From a virus, in IMG/VR virus record IMGVR_UViG_3300021225_000247, positions 1-40,762 of that record: a stretch of DNA of 40,762 nt. The stretch is one strand, 5' to 3'. Shown here piece after piece: positions 22,197-31,425 of the stretch. Both the position numbers and the translations under genes were made by a program. Below the pieces are notes generated by a model. That model did not search any database, had not been told where the DNA came from, and saw nothing but the letters and a program-made list of their open reading frames with translations. The stretch's first letter is position 1; each line of letters begins with the position of its first letter.

Positions 22197-22976
22197 ATGA
22201 AAAGAGTAGATTTAATCAAGGTTGAACACAATGTAAAGATTGGCGACAAATGCGAATACATTGAACCAAATGTTATAGAGGATTCTATTTTCTATGCAGA
22301 CGGTGAGGCAATAGGTTTTTACCTTACCAAGATGCCTGAGAAAATGTGCAAGTTGGCAGATTTAGCAAACAAGGAGTTTAAAAGTAGCAATGTTCCAAAA
22401 TCTAAAATGAATAGGGGGACGAAAAAACAAGCAATTGCAAAAGGTCAAATATGGATATCTCAATTAAGTACAATTATTGGTAGTTGCGCTCCAAAACCAC
22501 ATATGCGAAGACCATATCCAGCAATGTCAAGTGTTCACGGAGCAAAAACCGCTAAAACATTTATAAAAGCAATGTTGCTTTTGGCAAAGGAAAGCGAAGA
22601 ACTTATAAAAGAAATTTTACCAAAGCAATACGAAAAGCAAGTTGAATTATTTAAAGACGTGCCAGAAAAATGGAGGTTTGCCAATTTGTTTACAAGTTCT
22701 ATTTCAAATTATAATATTTCAGCACCTTTTCATAGGGATACGGGAAACATCGTCGGGGCAGTAAATGTAATAATCTGCAAAAAGTTTAATTCAAAAGGCG
22801 GTGATTTACATATACCCGATTACGGAGCAACTATTGGGCAGCAAGATAATTCAATCCTTGTTTACCCAGCGTGGCGCAACGTTCACGGGGTGACGCCAAT
22901 AATTCCAACCTTAGAAGGTGGTTATCGTAATTCGTTGGTATTTTACCCCTTAAAAGCCTTTTTAGGCTTAGAATAA
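22197..22976 (+). CDS. TET/JBP-family 2-oxoglutarate/Fe(II)-dependent nucleic-acid base dioxygenase
   Basis: HRD at 22731..22739, distal His codon at 22884 and Arg codon at 22926. The C-terminal block NVHGVTPIIPTLEGGYRNSLVFYPLK parallels the human TET2 block LHATTP...RISLVFYQHK. Confidence 0.8.
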   Translation: MKRVDLIKVEHNVKIGDKCEYIEPNVIEDSIFYADGEAIGFYLTKMPEKMCKLADLANKEFKSSNVPKSKMNRGTKKQAIAKGQIWISQLSTIIGSCAPKPHMRRPYPAMSSVHGAKTAKTFIKAMLLLAKESEELIKEILPKQYEKQVELFKDVPEKWRFANLFTSSISNYNISAPFHRDTGNIVGAVNVIICKKFNSKGGDLHIPDYGATIGQQDNSILVYPAWRNVHGVTPIIPTLEGGYRNSLVFYPLKAFLGLE

Positions 22977-22993
22977 CAGCACAGTAACAGCAC

Positions 22994-23311
22994 ATGGCAG
23001 CAAAGGATATAATAAAGCATAAGTTTCCCAAAGGACAATCAGGCAACCCCAACGGTCGCCCCAAGAAACTCCCAGCCCTTGATTTGATAATGGCAAATGT
23101 CATGGGGCAGGAAAAGGACGGTATCACGGCGGCTGAGGCTATTATCATGAAGCTAAGGGAACAGGCGGCAAAGGGTGATATCAAGGCGGCTCAGTTGCTC
23201 CTTGACAGGGCATACGGGAAGGCAAAGCAAAACATTGATATTACGACGCAGGGGGAAAAGGTGACCGTGCCAACGATTATATTTACAAAGGAAAATAAGC
23301 AAGGTGAATAA
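22994..23311 (+). CDS. DUF5681-like protein, putative small terminase subunit
   Basis: The KGQSGNPNGRPKK motif is typical of DUF5681 proteins found next to large terminase genes. Function is inferred from position. Confidence 0.5.
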   Translation: MAAKDIIKHKFPKGQSGNPNGRPKKLPALDLIMANVMGQEKDGITAAEAIIMKLREQAAKGDIKAAQLLLDRAYGKAKQNIDITTQGEKVTVPTIIFTKENKQGE

Positions 23312-23972
23312 ATTTATAAGCGAGGTAACAAATGAGGATTGTATGGAAGGCATGGCACGGTATCCAGATAAATACTTTGATTTGGCAATTGTTGACCCGC
23401 CTTATGGGATAGGGGAGGATGGAAGTAAAAATTATACAAGAGGGAAAAACGCAACCGCAAAAAATTATAAACCATTTTATGGGAATGATTTAAACCCAAT
23501 GAGTATTGAATATTTTAATGAGTTAAAACGCATTTCAAAAAATCAAATTATCTGGGGAGCAAATCATTTTATAGAAAATATATCTCATTCAAATAGTAGT
23601 TGTTGGATTGTATGGGATAAAGACAATACGGGAGATTTTGCTGATTGTGAACTTGCTTACACTTCATTTAAAACGGCAGTAAGAATGTTTACTTTTCGAT
23701 GGAATGGAATGCTTCAACAGGATATGAAAAATAAAGAATATCGAATTCACCCTACTCAAAAACCCATCGCTCTTTACAAATGGCTTTTAAGCAACTACGC
23801 AAAGCAAGGCGATAAAATACTTGATACCCATTTGGGAAGTGGAAGCAGTCGAATTGCAGCTTATGAAATGGGATTTGATTTTACAGCTTTTGAATTGGAT
23901 ACGGAGTATTTCGAGGCTCAAGAAAAACGATACAAGGCGCACATTGCGCAACTTAAACTTGAATTGGTATAA
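23304..23972 (+). CDS. DNA amino-methyltransferase, beta class (N6-adenine most likely, N4-cytosine possible)
   Basis: LAIVDPPYG (motif IV) precedes HPTQKP and ILDTHLGSGSS (motif I), which is the beta-class order. Apparent GTG start at 23304 overlaps the upstream stop. Confidence 0.85.
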   Translation: MNKFISEVTNEDCMEGMARYPDKYFDLAIVDPPYGIGEDGSKNYTRGKNATAKNYKPFYGNDLNPMSIEYFNELKRISKNQIIWGANHFIENISHSNSSCWIVWDKDNTGDFADCELAYTSFKTAVRMFTFRWNGMLQQDMKNKEYRIHPTQKPIALYKWLLSNYAKQGDKILDTHLGSGSSRIAAYEMGFDFTAFELDTEYFEAQEKRYKAHIAQLKLELV

Positions 23973-25201
23973 TGGAGATAAAAGTCAGTGACAAATATCA
24001 AGCCCTCTGGCAACCGCGGACGCGTTACTTCCTCATCACTGGGGGGCGTGGTTCGGCAAAGTCCTTTACCGTGGGGCTTTGGGCTTGTAATATGTTATTG
24101 GCTTATAAAAATTGGAAGGTGCTTTTTACAAGGTACACGTTATCAAGTGCGAATATTTCCGTTATCCCTGAGTTCAGGGAAAAGATTGACTTGCTCGGCG
24201 TGGGTGACGAATTTAATATGACCAACGCGCAAATAAGTCACAAGGTGACAAAGAGTGAAATAATCTTTTCAGGAATCAAAACAAGTTCAGGAAACCAAAC
24301 GGCAAAGTTAAAATCGATACCAGCGTTAAACGTGTTTATCGTTGATGAAGCTGAAGAATTTGTAAGCGAAAAAGACTTTAATACCATTGACGAATCAATT
24401 CGTATTCCTGACACGCCGAACATTGTTATTCTTGTCATGAACCCGCAGGACGTGGAACACTGGATTTGGAAGCGTTGGTTTGAAAAGTCGCATCGCATGG
24501 AGACGATTGACGGACACGCCGTCCCGATAAGTACGCATGAGGATATAACACACATTCATACAACGTACTTGGATAACTTCCATAACTTAAGCGTTGATTA
24601 CATTGCAAAGATTGAGGCAATAAAAACAAAGTCACCTGAGGCATACGCGCACAGGTTTCTTGGCAAATGGCTGGATAAGAAGCAAGGCGTTGTATTTCCA
24701 AATTGGGTTGAAGGTGAATTTGATACAAGCCTACCTTTTGCTTACGGGCTTGACTTCGGCTTCTATCCCGATCCCTTGGCATTGGTTAAAGTTGCGGTTG
24801 ATACCACGGCAAACAAGATTTATGTAAAGGAAATTATTTACGAACAAAGCCTTTCATACGACATGGTTTTAACAAAGATTAGGAATAGCATTGAACTTGA
24901 TGCCATGGTTGTGGCTGATACAAGCGAACCACGGTTAATTGATGCGCTTACCTCGAATGGTATCAATGTGCATAAGACGGAAAAGTATGCTGGCAGCGTG
25001 GTGGATGGGATTAAGAAAATGTCTGATTTTACCATTGTGGTCACAGAGGAATCGTATAATTTAAAATTTGAATTAAGAAATTATATTTGGAACGATAAGA
25101 AATCTTCAACGCCAATGGACGCGGATAACCACGGGATTGACGCGCTTCGCTACGGGTGCATGAGGCTTTTGGAAGGTTCAGACGTATTGGCATTTAATTA
25201 A
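23972..25201 (+). CDS. terL: Terminase large subunit
   Basis: Walker A ITGGRGSAKS and Walker B VFIVDEAEE. C-terminal nuclease motifs GLDFGF.PDP, VVADTSEPR and DADNHGIDALRY. Confidence 0.9.
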   Translation: MEIKVSDKYQALWQPRTRYFLITGGRGSAKSFTVGLWACNMLLAYKNWKVLFTRYTLSSANISVIPEFREKIDLLGVGDEFNMTNAQISHKVTKSEIIFSGIKTSSGNQTAKLKSIPALNVFIVDEAEEFVSEKDFNTIDESIRIPDTPNIVILVMNPQDVEHWIWKRWFEKSHRMETIDGHAVPISTHEDITHIHTTYLDNFHNLSVDYIAKIEAIKTKSPEAYAHRFLGKWLDKKQGVVFPNWVEGEFDTSLPFAYGLDFGFYPDPLALVKVAVDTTANKIYVKEIIYEQSLSYDMVLTKIRNSIELDAMVVADTSEPRLIDALTSNGINVHKTEKYAGSVVDGIKKMSDFTIVVTEESYNLKFELRNYIWNDKKSSTPMDADNHGIDALRYGCMRLLEGSDVLAFN

Positions 25202-25207
25202 AAAGAT

Positions 25208-25450
25208 ATGACACCAAAGGAAAAAGCAAGGGAATTGCATTTAATGATTTACGACACATTGCCCTATCGGCACGTGGTAACAGGTGAATACGACAGTTGG
25301 CTGGAGGCAAAGAAGATAGCCTTGCTTTTGACTGACATAATTATAAGCAATAATCAAAAGATTTGCGGACAACTTGGCTCAGACGTGGATGAAAACACGG
25401 CGTACTGGTGCGAAGTGGAGCTGTATTTAAAAAACATAATAACGAAATGA
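25208..25450 (+). CDS. Hypothetical protein (80 aa)
   Basis: ATG ORF in the late string. Confidence 0.5.
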   Translation: MTPKEKARELHLMIYDTLPYRHVVTGEYDSWLEAKKIALLLTDIIISNNQKICGQLGSDVDENTAYWCEVELYLKNIITK

Positions 25451-25746
25451 CGAACAACGAAAAGGCTCATTACATTATTGACTTGATAAAGGTGATAACA
25501 CTTGAAATCGAGGAACACCCGATGCGAAGGAAACAACTTCTTTTGCTTCGCTCACACTTGGAAAAGGCGGTGCGGTTGACGGGCACGGGAATGTATAGGG
25601 AATTAAAACGCCCTGAATCTTTGCCACTTGTTAGCCATGCAAAAGTATTGCCGCAAGAGGTTAAAGAAAATGCAAAAGGCGTTGAATCGAGCGCAATAAT
25701 TGCAGATAATATTCCCGAACCAACAAGAAAAAACAGGCGCAAATAA
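25447..25746 (+). CDS. Hypothetical protein (99 aa from the ATG at 25447)
   Basis: Start chosen at MTNNEK because it forms an ATGA overlap with the upstream stop. Confidence 0.45.
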   Translation: MTNNEKAHYIIDLIKVITLEIEEHPMRRKQLLLLRSHLEKAVRLTGTGMYRELKRPESLPLVSHAKVLPQEVKENAKGVESSAIIADNIPEPTRKNRRK

Positions 25747-26639
25747 TGGTACAATTTCATTTATCGCATTCAGATACAAAGTATTTTTATCCTGAAACGG
25801 CAGCGGATATAACCTTGGAACAATACGTTTACTTCCATGAGTTTATTTTACCTCAATACCCTGAAGTTGAACTTGATGCATTGATAGCACAAAAGCAAAT
25901 GAACGCGGCGTATGAAAAAATTAAACCGTATGCAAAGAAGTTGGGGGTTGACTTGAATAATTTGTGGCGCGACGTGGTTCAGGAATGTGAAATAATCCTT
26001 TTGACAAAAGATGTCAAAGACAATGTACGCCGTTTCCTTCCAGCATTGATTGACATATTTAATGCAAATCAAAAGGCATTGGACAAGTGTCTTGAAATCA
26101 TGGACGAAGTCTGGGAGGCTCAGGTAAAATACCCTTACATGGCAAAGGTGGTAAATTATTTTACTGGCATTCCTTTAGATGCGTGTTATGGCAAGGTTGC
26201 GGAAAGCTTGGAGTTGAAATATTTGACCTTCATGTTTACGAAGATTCTCAATGCGATAAGCGTACCAGAGGAAATTAAATATAAACAGATATACGATTTC
26301 AATGGAACTTTGTATTACCTGCCTGATAAGCTCATGGCAAAGTCCACGTTACTTGAATTTGCTGAGGCAGCGCAATTTGACAAAGGACGCAAAGCAATTG
26401 AAAACAATGATGCACAAGGATTGCTTCATGTCATTGCCGTGTTGCTTAGGAGAAAGGACGAGGCATACAGTGACGAGGTTTTTCAAAGGAATTGCGTTGA
26501 CTTTTTAAAATTACCTTTACAAGTTGGCTTTGAAATTGGTTTTTTTTTGACGAAGTTAAGCGAGAGTTATCAAGTAGATTTGCAGACCTCTATGCTTCGC
26601 AAGGCGATGGAAAGTATGCCAACGCTTCACGACAATTGA
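25746..26639 (+). CDS. Hypothetical protein (297 aa)
   Basis: TAATG overlap with the upstream gene. No recognisable domain. Confidence 0.55.
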   Translation: MVQFHLSHSDTKYFYPETAADITLEQYVYFHEFILPQYPEVELDALIAQKQMNAAYEKIKPYAKKLGVDLNNLWRDVVQECEIILLTKDVKDNVRRFLPALIDIFNANQKALDKCLEIMDEVWEAQVKYPYMAKVVNYFTGIPLDACYGKVAESLELKYLTFMFTKILNAISVPEEIKYKQIYDFNGTLYYLPDKLMAKSTLLEFAEAAQFDKGRKAIENNDAQGLLHVIAVLLRRKDEAYSDEVFQRNCVDFLKLPLQVGFEIGFFLTKLSESYQVDLQTSMLRKAMESMPTLHDN

Positions 26640-26821
26640 ATGATAAATATGGTTGGTACTTGACGATTAAGAAAATAGCTGAGTGTGGATTGTTTAACTT
26701 GGCAGGCTTGACGCCCTTACAATCAAGCGAAAGGGCAAATTTGTACGAGGTCTTTCAATACCTTGCAAGCAAAGCGGCTGAGGATAACCTTTACAATGAG
26801 ATACAAAAGCAGAAGAAATGA
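26636..26821 (+). CDS. Hypothetical small protein (61 aa) with an apparent TTG start
   Basis: No in-frame ATG. The TTG at 26636 overlaps the upstream stop. Confidence 0.35.
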   Translation: MNDKYGWYLTIKKIAECGLFNLAGLTPLQSSERANLYEVFQYLASKAAEDNLYNEIQKQKK

Positions 26822-27273
26822 CATTATTAGAAATAGCAGACTTATTCAAAAGTACCACGGACGCAACGCAAGGACTAAATGGCTTTTCATTCGGTTGGCC
26901 GTCGGACAGGACGCGGTCACAGGATTACGCGGAAGTGGGCGAAAACAGTACAAACTTATTCCCCAGGGTTTTCTTTGCCGTGCCAACGCTTACCAACAAC
27001 CCGATAACGCGCCGCGACGTGTATCAAATTACTTTGTTCTTTGACGATTTGCTTGGCTACAATGAAGACGGAACCGTGAATGAGGATACGCAGATAGAAA
27101 AGTGGTCAGCTTTAACCGTGTTGGCTGAAAAATTCATGTTACAGATAAATACAAATAAGCAGGCTGGCAATATCTCCGAAGGCGTTCAAATGACATTGGA
27201 TAGCTTTTCATCGATACAAAGGTTAATAAGTGTACAGGCGACGTTCAACTTAAATGTTGTTTCATCATGTTAG
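26818..27273 (+). CDS. Hypothetical virion-module protein (151 aa)
   Basis: ATGA overlap. Sits in the structural gene string. Confidence 0.5.
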   Translation: MTLLEIADLFKSTTDATQGLNGFSFGWPSDRTRSQDYAEVGENSTNLFPRVFFAVPTLTNNPITRRDVYQITLFFDDLLGYNEDGTVNEDTQIEKWSALTVLAEKFMLQINTNKQAGNISEGVQMTLDSFSSIQRLISVQATFNLNVVSSC

Positions 27274-27794
27274 ACGAGTTGCAAAGGTTGGCAGATGACA
27301 TTGCGCAAATGGCAATTGAAGCCGTGGCAAATGAATGGAAGGCGCAAGGACACAACTTGACAGGGGCAGCGATTAAGAACATGGAGACGATTATACGCAT
27401 GGAAACAGATAAGATTATTATCGAGGGCTTTGTTCCTGATTACATGGCAATAAATAACCAGGGGGTACCTTCAACAAAGATTCCTTATTACCCAGGCAGC
27501 GGACGAAAGGAAAGCGAATATATTAAAGGCTTAATGAAATATGCTAAACAAAGGTTTGGTGCATCGGATAAAGAAGCTAAATCAATTGCCTTCGCTATTG
27601 CAAGTAAACATAAAAAGGAAGGGATGCCAACGATTAAAAGTCAAAAGCATTCAAAGACTGGAAAGCGCACGGGCTTCATTGAAGAAGCGTTGGATAAGAA
27701 GGAGGCTGAAATGGCGGAGTTGATAAACAGGGCGATTACATACAGCATTGAAACCACGGTTGAAACATTTTACAAATCAATTTTAAATAGATGA
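27267..27794 (+). CDS. Hypothetical virion-module protein (175 aa)
   Basis: Overlapping start; in the structural gene string. Confidence 0.5.
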   Translation: MLDELQRLADDIAQMAIEAVANEWKAQGHNLTGAAIKNMETIIRMETDKIIIEGFVPDYMAINNQGVPSTKIPYYPGSGRKESEYIKGLMKYAKQRFGASDKEAKSIAFAIASKHKKEGMPTIKSQKHSKTGKRTGFIEEALDKKEAEMAELINRAITYSIETTVETFYKSILNR

Positions 27795-28993
27795 GTTACA
27801 CGATTAACCCCGATACCATATCAAGTAGCCTTTACCCCGTGGCGTTTCGTTCCATTGAACCGTCGGGAGTTATTCAGCAACAAATCAATGTTTACCTTGA
27901 TGGAACATTGGAAGGTTCTTTCTTGGCAGCGCAAACGGGGACAAGTGGGACTTCGGCGGTGTTTGACACAAATGTCCAATCGTTCTTGATTACACAGCTT
28001 GCACCAAAGACAAATGCAAAAACAAGTTTTTTCGGAAACCTTTACGGGTTCAGTCTCACAAATAATACGGACGTTATTTCATCATTGTATTGCACGGCGT
28101 TTAATCAAACGATTAATTCATCGGGCTTCGTCGTTACATCCACGGCAGCGCAAAGTAGTACCACGGCTTACGTTTTACCATCCTTGTTTGTCGATGGCGA
28201 ATATGACATGGGGGACTTTTATCAACCCTCGGCGAATCCTTTTTTATTCCTGACACAAAGGAATGATTTTATTAAATGCAATTCCTCTGGTAATATATTC
28301 CTAAGCTACTTGGGGCGTGGAACTAACGCGGCTCAATTTGAATTTTATTTTAAGTCAGGATCTTCAGCCGTTACCATTGTTGACAATTTAAACTCCACGG
28401 CTAACAATGATTTATATTCATTGTCCGTTGGCGTATCAAATATATTTGGAAAGACTGCCATTTTTCATGCTGGCAATTTTCCAACTAATCCAGATTTATA
28501 CGATTATTACGACGTTTCCGTTGGCTCATACGACGGTGCATTTACAAGGCGAAGCGAAAGGAAAAGGATTTATATTTACCCTAATTGCAACGATAACATT
28601 GAGCTTCATTGGTTTGGTAAGCATGGTGGCGCGGAGAGTTACCAATTCACGGGACTAATGATTGATAAGCAAACCAGTAACGCGGATACGATTAACCTTG
28701 CGCAAAGATGGCTTATTACCGATAGTCCAAAAGCTAATACGTATGACAAAAATGTCATTAAGGTTAATCAAAGGTCAAATAAAAGTAAGACGGTCACGGT
28801 GGCGGTAAGTCATGAGGATGCTTTGTATATTGCCACAATGTTTAATTCTCCTGAAGTGTACATTGTTGAGAATGGCAAATATGTTAACGTTACCATTGCT
28901 AACGGGGAGATAAACACGGATAACAACAGGGCAACGGATATAGGCGTTTCATTTGAAATTATTTATCAAAATACGCTAGTCGCTCAGCTATGA
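27791..28993 (+). CDS. Putative tail/baseplate structural protein (400 aa)
   Basis: Ser/Thr/Asn-rich composition. Translationally coupled to the 811-aa protein and tape measure genes. Confidence 0.5.
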   Translation: MSYTINPDTISSSLYPVAFRSIEPSGVIQQQINVYLDGTLEGSFLAAQTGTSGTSAVFDTNVQSFLITQLAPKTNAKTSFFGNLYGFSLTNNTDVISSLYCTAFNQTINSSGFVVTSTAAQSSTTAYVLPSLFVDGEYDMGDFYQPSANPFLFLTQRNDFIKCNSSGNIFLSYLGRGTNAAQFEFYFKSGSSAVTIVDNLNSTANNDLYSLSVGVSNIFGKTAIFHAGNFPTNPDLYDYYDVSVGSYDGAFTRRSERKRIYIYPNCNDNIELHWFGKHGGAESYQFTGLMIDKQTSNADTINLAQRWLITDSPKANTYDKNVIKVNQRSNKSKTVTVAVSHEDALYIATMFNSPEVYIVENGKYVNVTIANGEINTDNNRATDIGVSFEIIYQNTLVAQL

Positions 28994-31425
28994 TAAAATT
29001 ATTTATAAATAATCAAGAGGTCGATTTAAACCAAAAGGATGTCAATGTAACCATTGATTATTCTATTGAAAACATTGAGCTTGGAAACATATCTGGAGCG
29101 CACTCGAAAAGGAATGTAACTTTGGCAGGAACAAAGACGAACATTGATATTTTTGAAAACATTGAAATACCCAATGTCATTGTAACCAATGCTTACAAGT
29201 TACTTCCTGCACGGCTGGAGGCAAATGGCGTGCCAATTCTCACAGGAAAAGCACGGTTGGATTCAGGCGAATTAAACGCGATAAACCACGGATTCAAGGC
29301 GAATAATTACAAGGTTGCATTGATTGGAAACAATGCGGATTGGTTTGCAGACGTGGGTAACATCTTAGTAAGGTCATTGGGCTGGCAGGACATAACCGTA
29401 TCCACGGCAACCGTAAAAACCAATTATAATCCATTGACTTCCGAACATTGCTTCATCTTGATGAAATGGAAAGCATGGGAAAACGAAACGTACATTGTTG
29501 ATAATGAGTTAACGCCTGCCATTTTTATTTGGCAAATACTTCAAAAAGCATTTCAAAACAAGGGGTATCAATTAAACAGCATCTTTAAAACAGATCCTTT
29601 CAACCGTTTGATTATCCCCATGGGGTTAAACTTAGATGCTGATTACATTAAAGATTTTGTAAACATGAGGGCTTCCAATCCTTCGCCTTCATCCTTCGTT
29701 TATTCCTCAGGTGATTACGGGACGGTTGACATTACCTTTACAAATGAAACAACGTCACCCAACTTTGACACTGGAGGCAATTACTCGGGCGGCGTTTATA
29801 CCGTGCCGATAAATGCTTTATACGAATTAATAGCTGAGTTAAACGTTACCTTAACGGCTTCCATTGGTGATATAAACCAATTTGCAGAACTCATTTTATT
29901 CTTTGAGGTTAATGGAAACAATGTTTCAACGTATGATTTGACAAATGAAACCACGTTAAATGATTCTATTGCGCTTGAATTTCTGGGGGACTTGGTAGCA
30001 GGGGACACAATCCGAATGAGGCTAAGATATGAGAACGTAACATTTAACCTTGTTATCGGTGGTTCTTTCTCCGTGGTGGCACAAAAGGAAGGATTAGAGC
30101 AAGGAGAGACGGTAAATTTGCAATATGTCATACCTAATAGTTGGTATGTAAAGGATATAATTGCGGACTTAACAACCATTTTTAATCTTGCGTGGGAGAC
30201 GGACGTATTAAGTAAGCAAGTGTACGCCTACCCAAAGGACAATTATACGTTGAGGTATCGAGCCAATGCAAGCGGAGCGATTACCCTTACAACGTTTGAC
30301 GGCTTTTTTAAGGATACGAATAAATACGATTTAAATACCCGAGACATTGATGGTAGTGAATTAACCATTCTTGATAATTACAAGTCAAGTCAGGTGCTGG
30401 CATACGCCACGGATGATGATACTACGAACAAAGAGGAAGCAAGGCGCGGAGTTAACATTTATTCGGGGGGTTACAATTTTCCAGAGGATAGATTTCCAAA
30501 TGGCATTGAATTTCTATATACAAAGTTCTTTGCAAAAGCCATTCATATTAACGACGTGGCGATTACCACGGGTGGAATATATGGGGCGCAGATGCCCCTT
30601 GTTTTTGGCGACGATTATAATACCGTTCCCGATGCAGAACCCAATTACAACCTTGCACCTCGTTTGCTTTATTACGCAGGCAGGCGCAGCGGCTTAGACG
30701 GATACGTTCGTTTATACGATGAAGCAAGTTCAGCGGCGTCGGCTTTTGATTTTCCAGCCGCGTTCATGGTTAATTATAATGACCCGAGCGGCGGAGATTT
30801 CAACCTTTCCTTTTCCGATGAAGTCACAAATTATACAAATGTGATGCAAGGCGTTTTTAAGACCTTCCACCTTCAAACGTACAAACGTATTGAGCTTGGA
30901 AAGCAATACACGACGTTTGTCAAATGGGAAAATAAGGACATAACGCAACTGTCCTTCAGGCGCAAAGGAATGATTGGAAGTTCAAATTTCATCATTCAAG
31001 AATTGGAATACAATCCAAAAAGTAATAGCCCATCAAGAACGGTTATTTTATACGATGAAAAGCCAAATGTAAATGATTTAAACAAAGTAAGTAATACGAT
31101 TACCCTGGCAGGCGCACCGCCGCAAGGTGGCACGGTTACAGGATCGGGCAGCGGATTAGTAGGAGCAAATGGAGCGACGGTAAATATTCAGTTATCTTAT
31201 ACGCCGTTCCTTAACTCAATGACCAACGTACTTGTATTACCAGTCAATTCAGGGATAACGCAGGTGAGCAACACAAATGCAAATGTACTTGTATTCCAGA
31301 ACGGGCAAAAGTTGATTCCAACCATTCAGTATATTATTAGCGGCTCAACCATTGGAATAAACATTGATACCCATTACGATGGGGCAAATTATGAAGTAAT
31401 TGTAAACGGCGTAACAAAGGGATAA
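28990..31425 (+). CDS. Large putative tail/baseplate protein (811 aa) with a C-terminal module shared with the fibre
   Basis: The C-terminal VLVFQNGQKLIPTIQYIISGSTIGINIDTHYDGANYEVIV matches two modules in the fibre ORF (922..1047 and 1699..1818). Confidence 0.6.
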   Translation: MIKLFINNQEVDLNQKDVNVTIDYSIENIELGNISGAHSKRNVTLAGTKTNIDIFENIEIPNVIVTNAYKLLPARLEANGVPILTGKARLDSGELNAINHGFKANNYKVALIGNNADWFADVGNILVRSLGWQDITVSTATVKTNYNPLTSEHCFILMKWKAWENETYIVDNELTPAIFIWQILQKAFQNKGYQLNSIFKTDPFNRLIIPMGLNLDADYIKDFVNMRASNPSPSSFVYSSGDYGTVDITFTNETTSPNFDTGGNYSGGVYTVPINALYELIAELNVTLTASIGDINQFAELILFFEVNGNNVSTYDLTNETTLNDSIALEFLGDLVAGDTIRMRLRYENVTFNLVIGGSFSVVAQKEGLEQGETVNLQYVIPNSWYVKDIIADLTTIFNLAWETDVLSKQVYAYPKDNYTLRYRANASGAITLTTFDGFFKDTNKYDLNTRDIDGSELTILDNYKSSQVLAYATDDDTTNKEEARRGVNIYSGGYNFPEDRFPNGIEFLYTKFFAKAIHINDVAITTGGIYGAQMPLVFGDDYNTVPDAEPNYNLAPRLLYYAGRRSGLDGYVRLYDEASSAASAFDFPAAFMVNYNDPSGGDFNLSFSDEVTNYTNVMQGVFKTFHLQTYKRIELGKQYTTFVKWENKDITQLSFRRKGMIGSSNFIIQELEYNPKSNSPSRTVILYDEKPNVNDLNKVSNTITLAGAPPQGGTVTGSGSGLVGANGATVNIQLSYTPFLNSMTNVLVLPVNSGITQVSNTNANVLVFQNGQKLIPTIQYIISGSTIGINIDTHYDGANYEVIVNGVTKG

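Noticed and set aside
25408-25446. The N-terminal extension of ORF 25408..25746 (MRSGAVFKKHNNE...).
   Set aside because: It begins at a non-ATG codon inside the upstream gene. The ATG at 25447 gives the ATGA coupling used throughout this genome.
26630-26640. Possible programmed frameshift joining 25746..26639 to the TTG-initiated 26636..26821 ORF.
   Set aside because: There is no slippery heptamer (X XXY YYZ) at the junction, and the location is not the usual chaperone position upstream of a tape measure gene.
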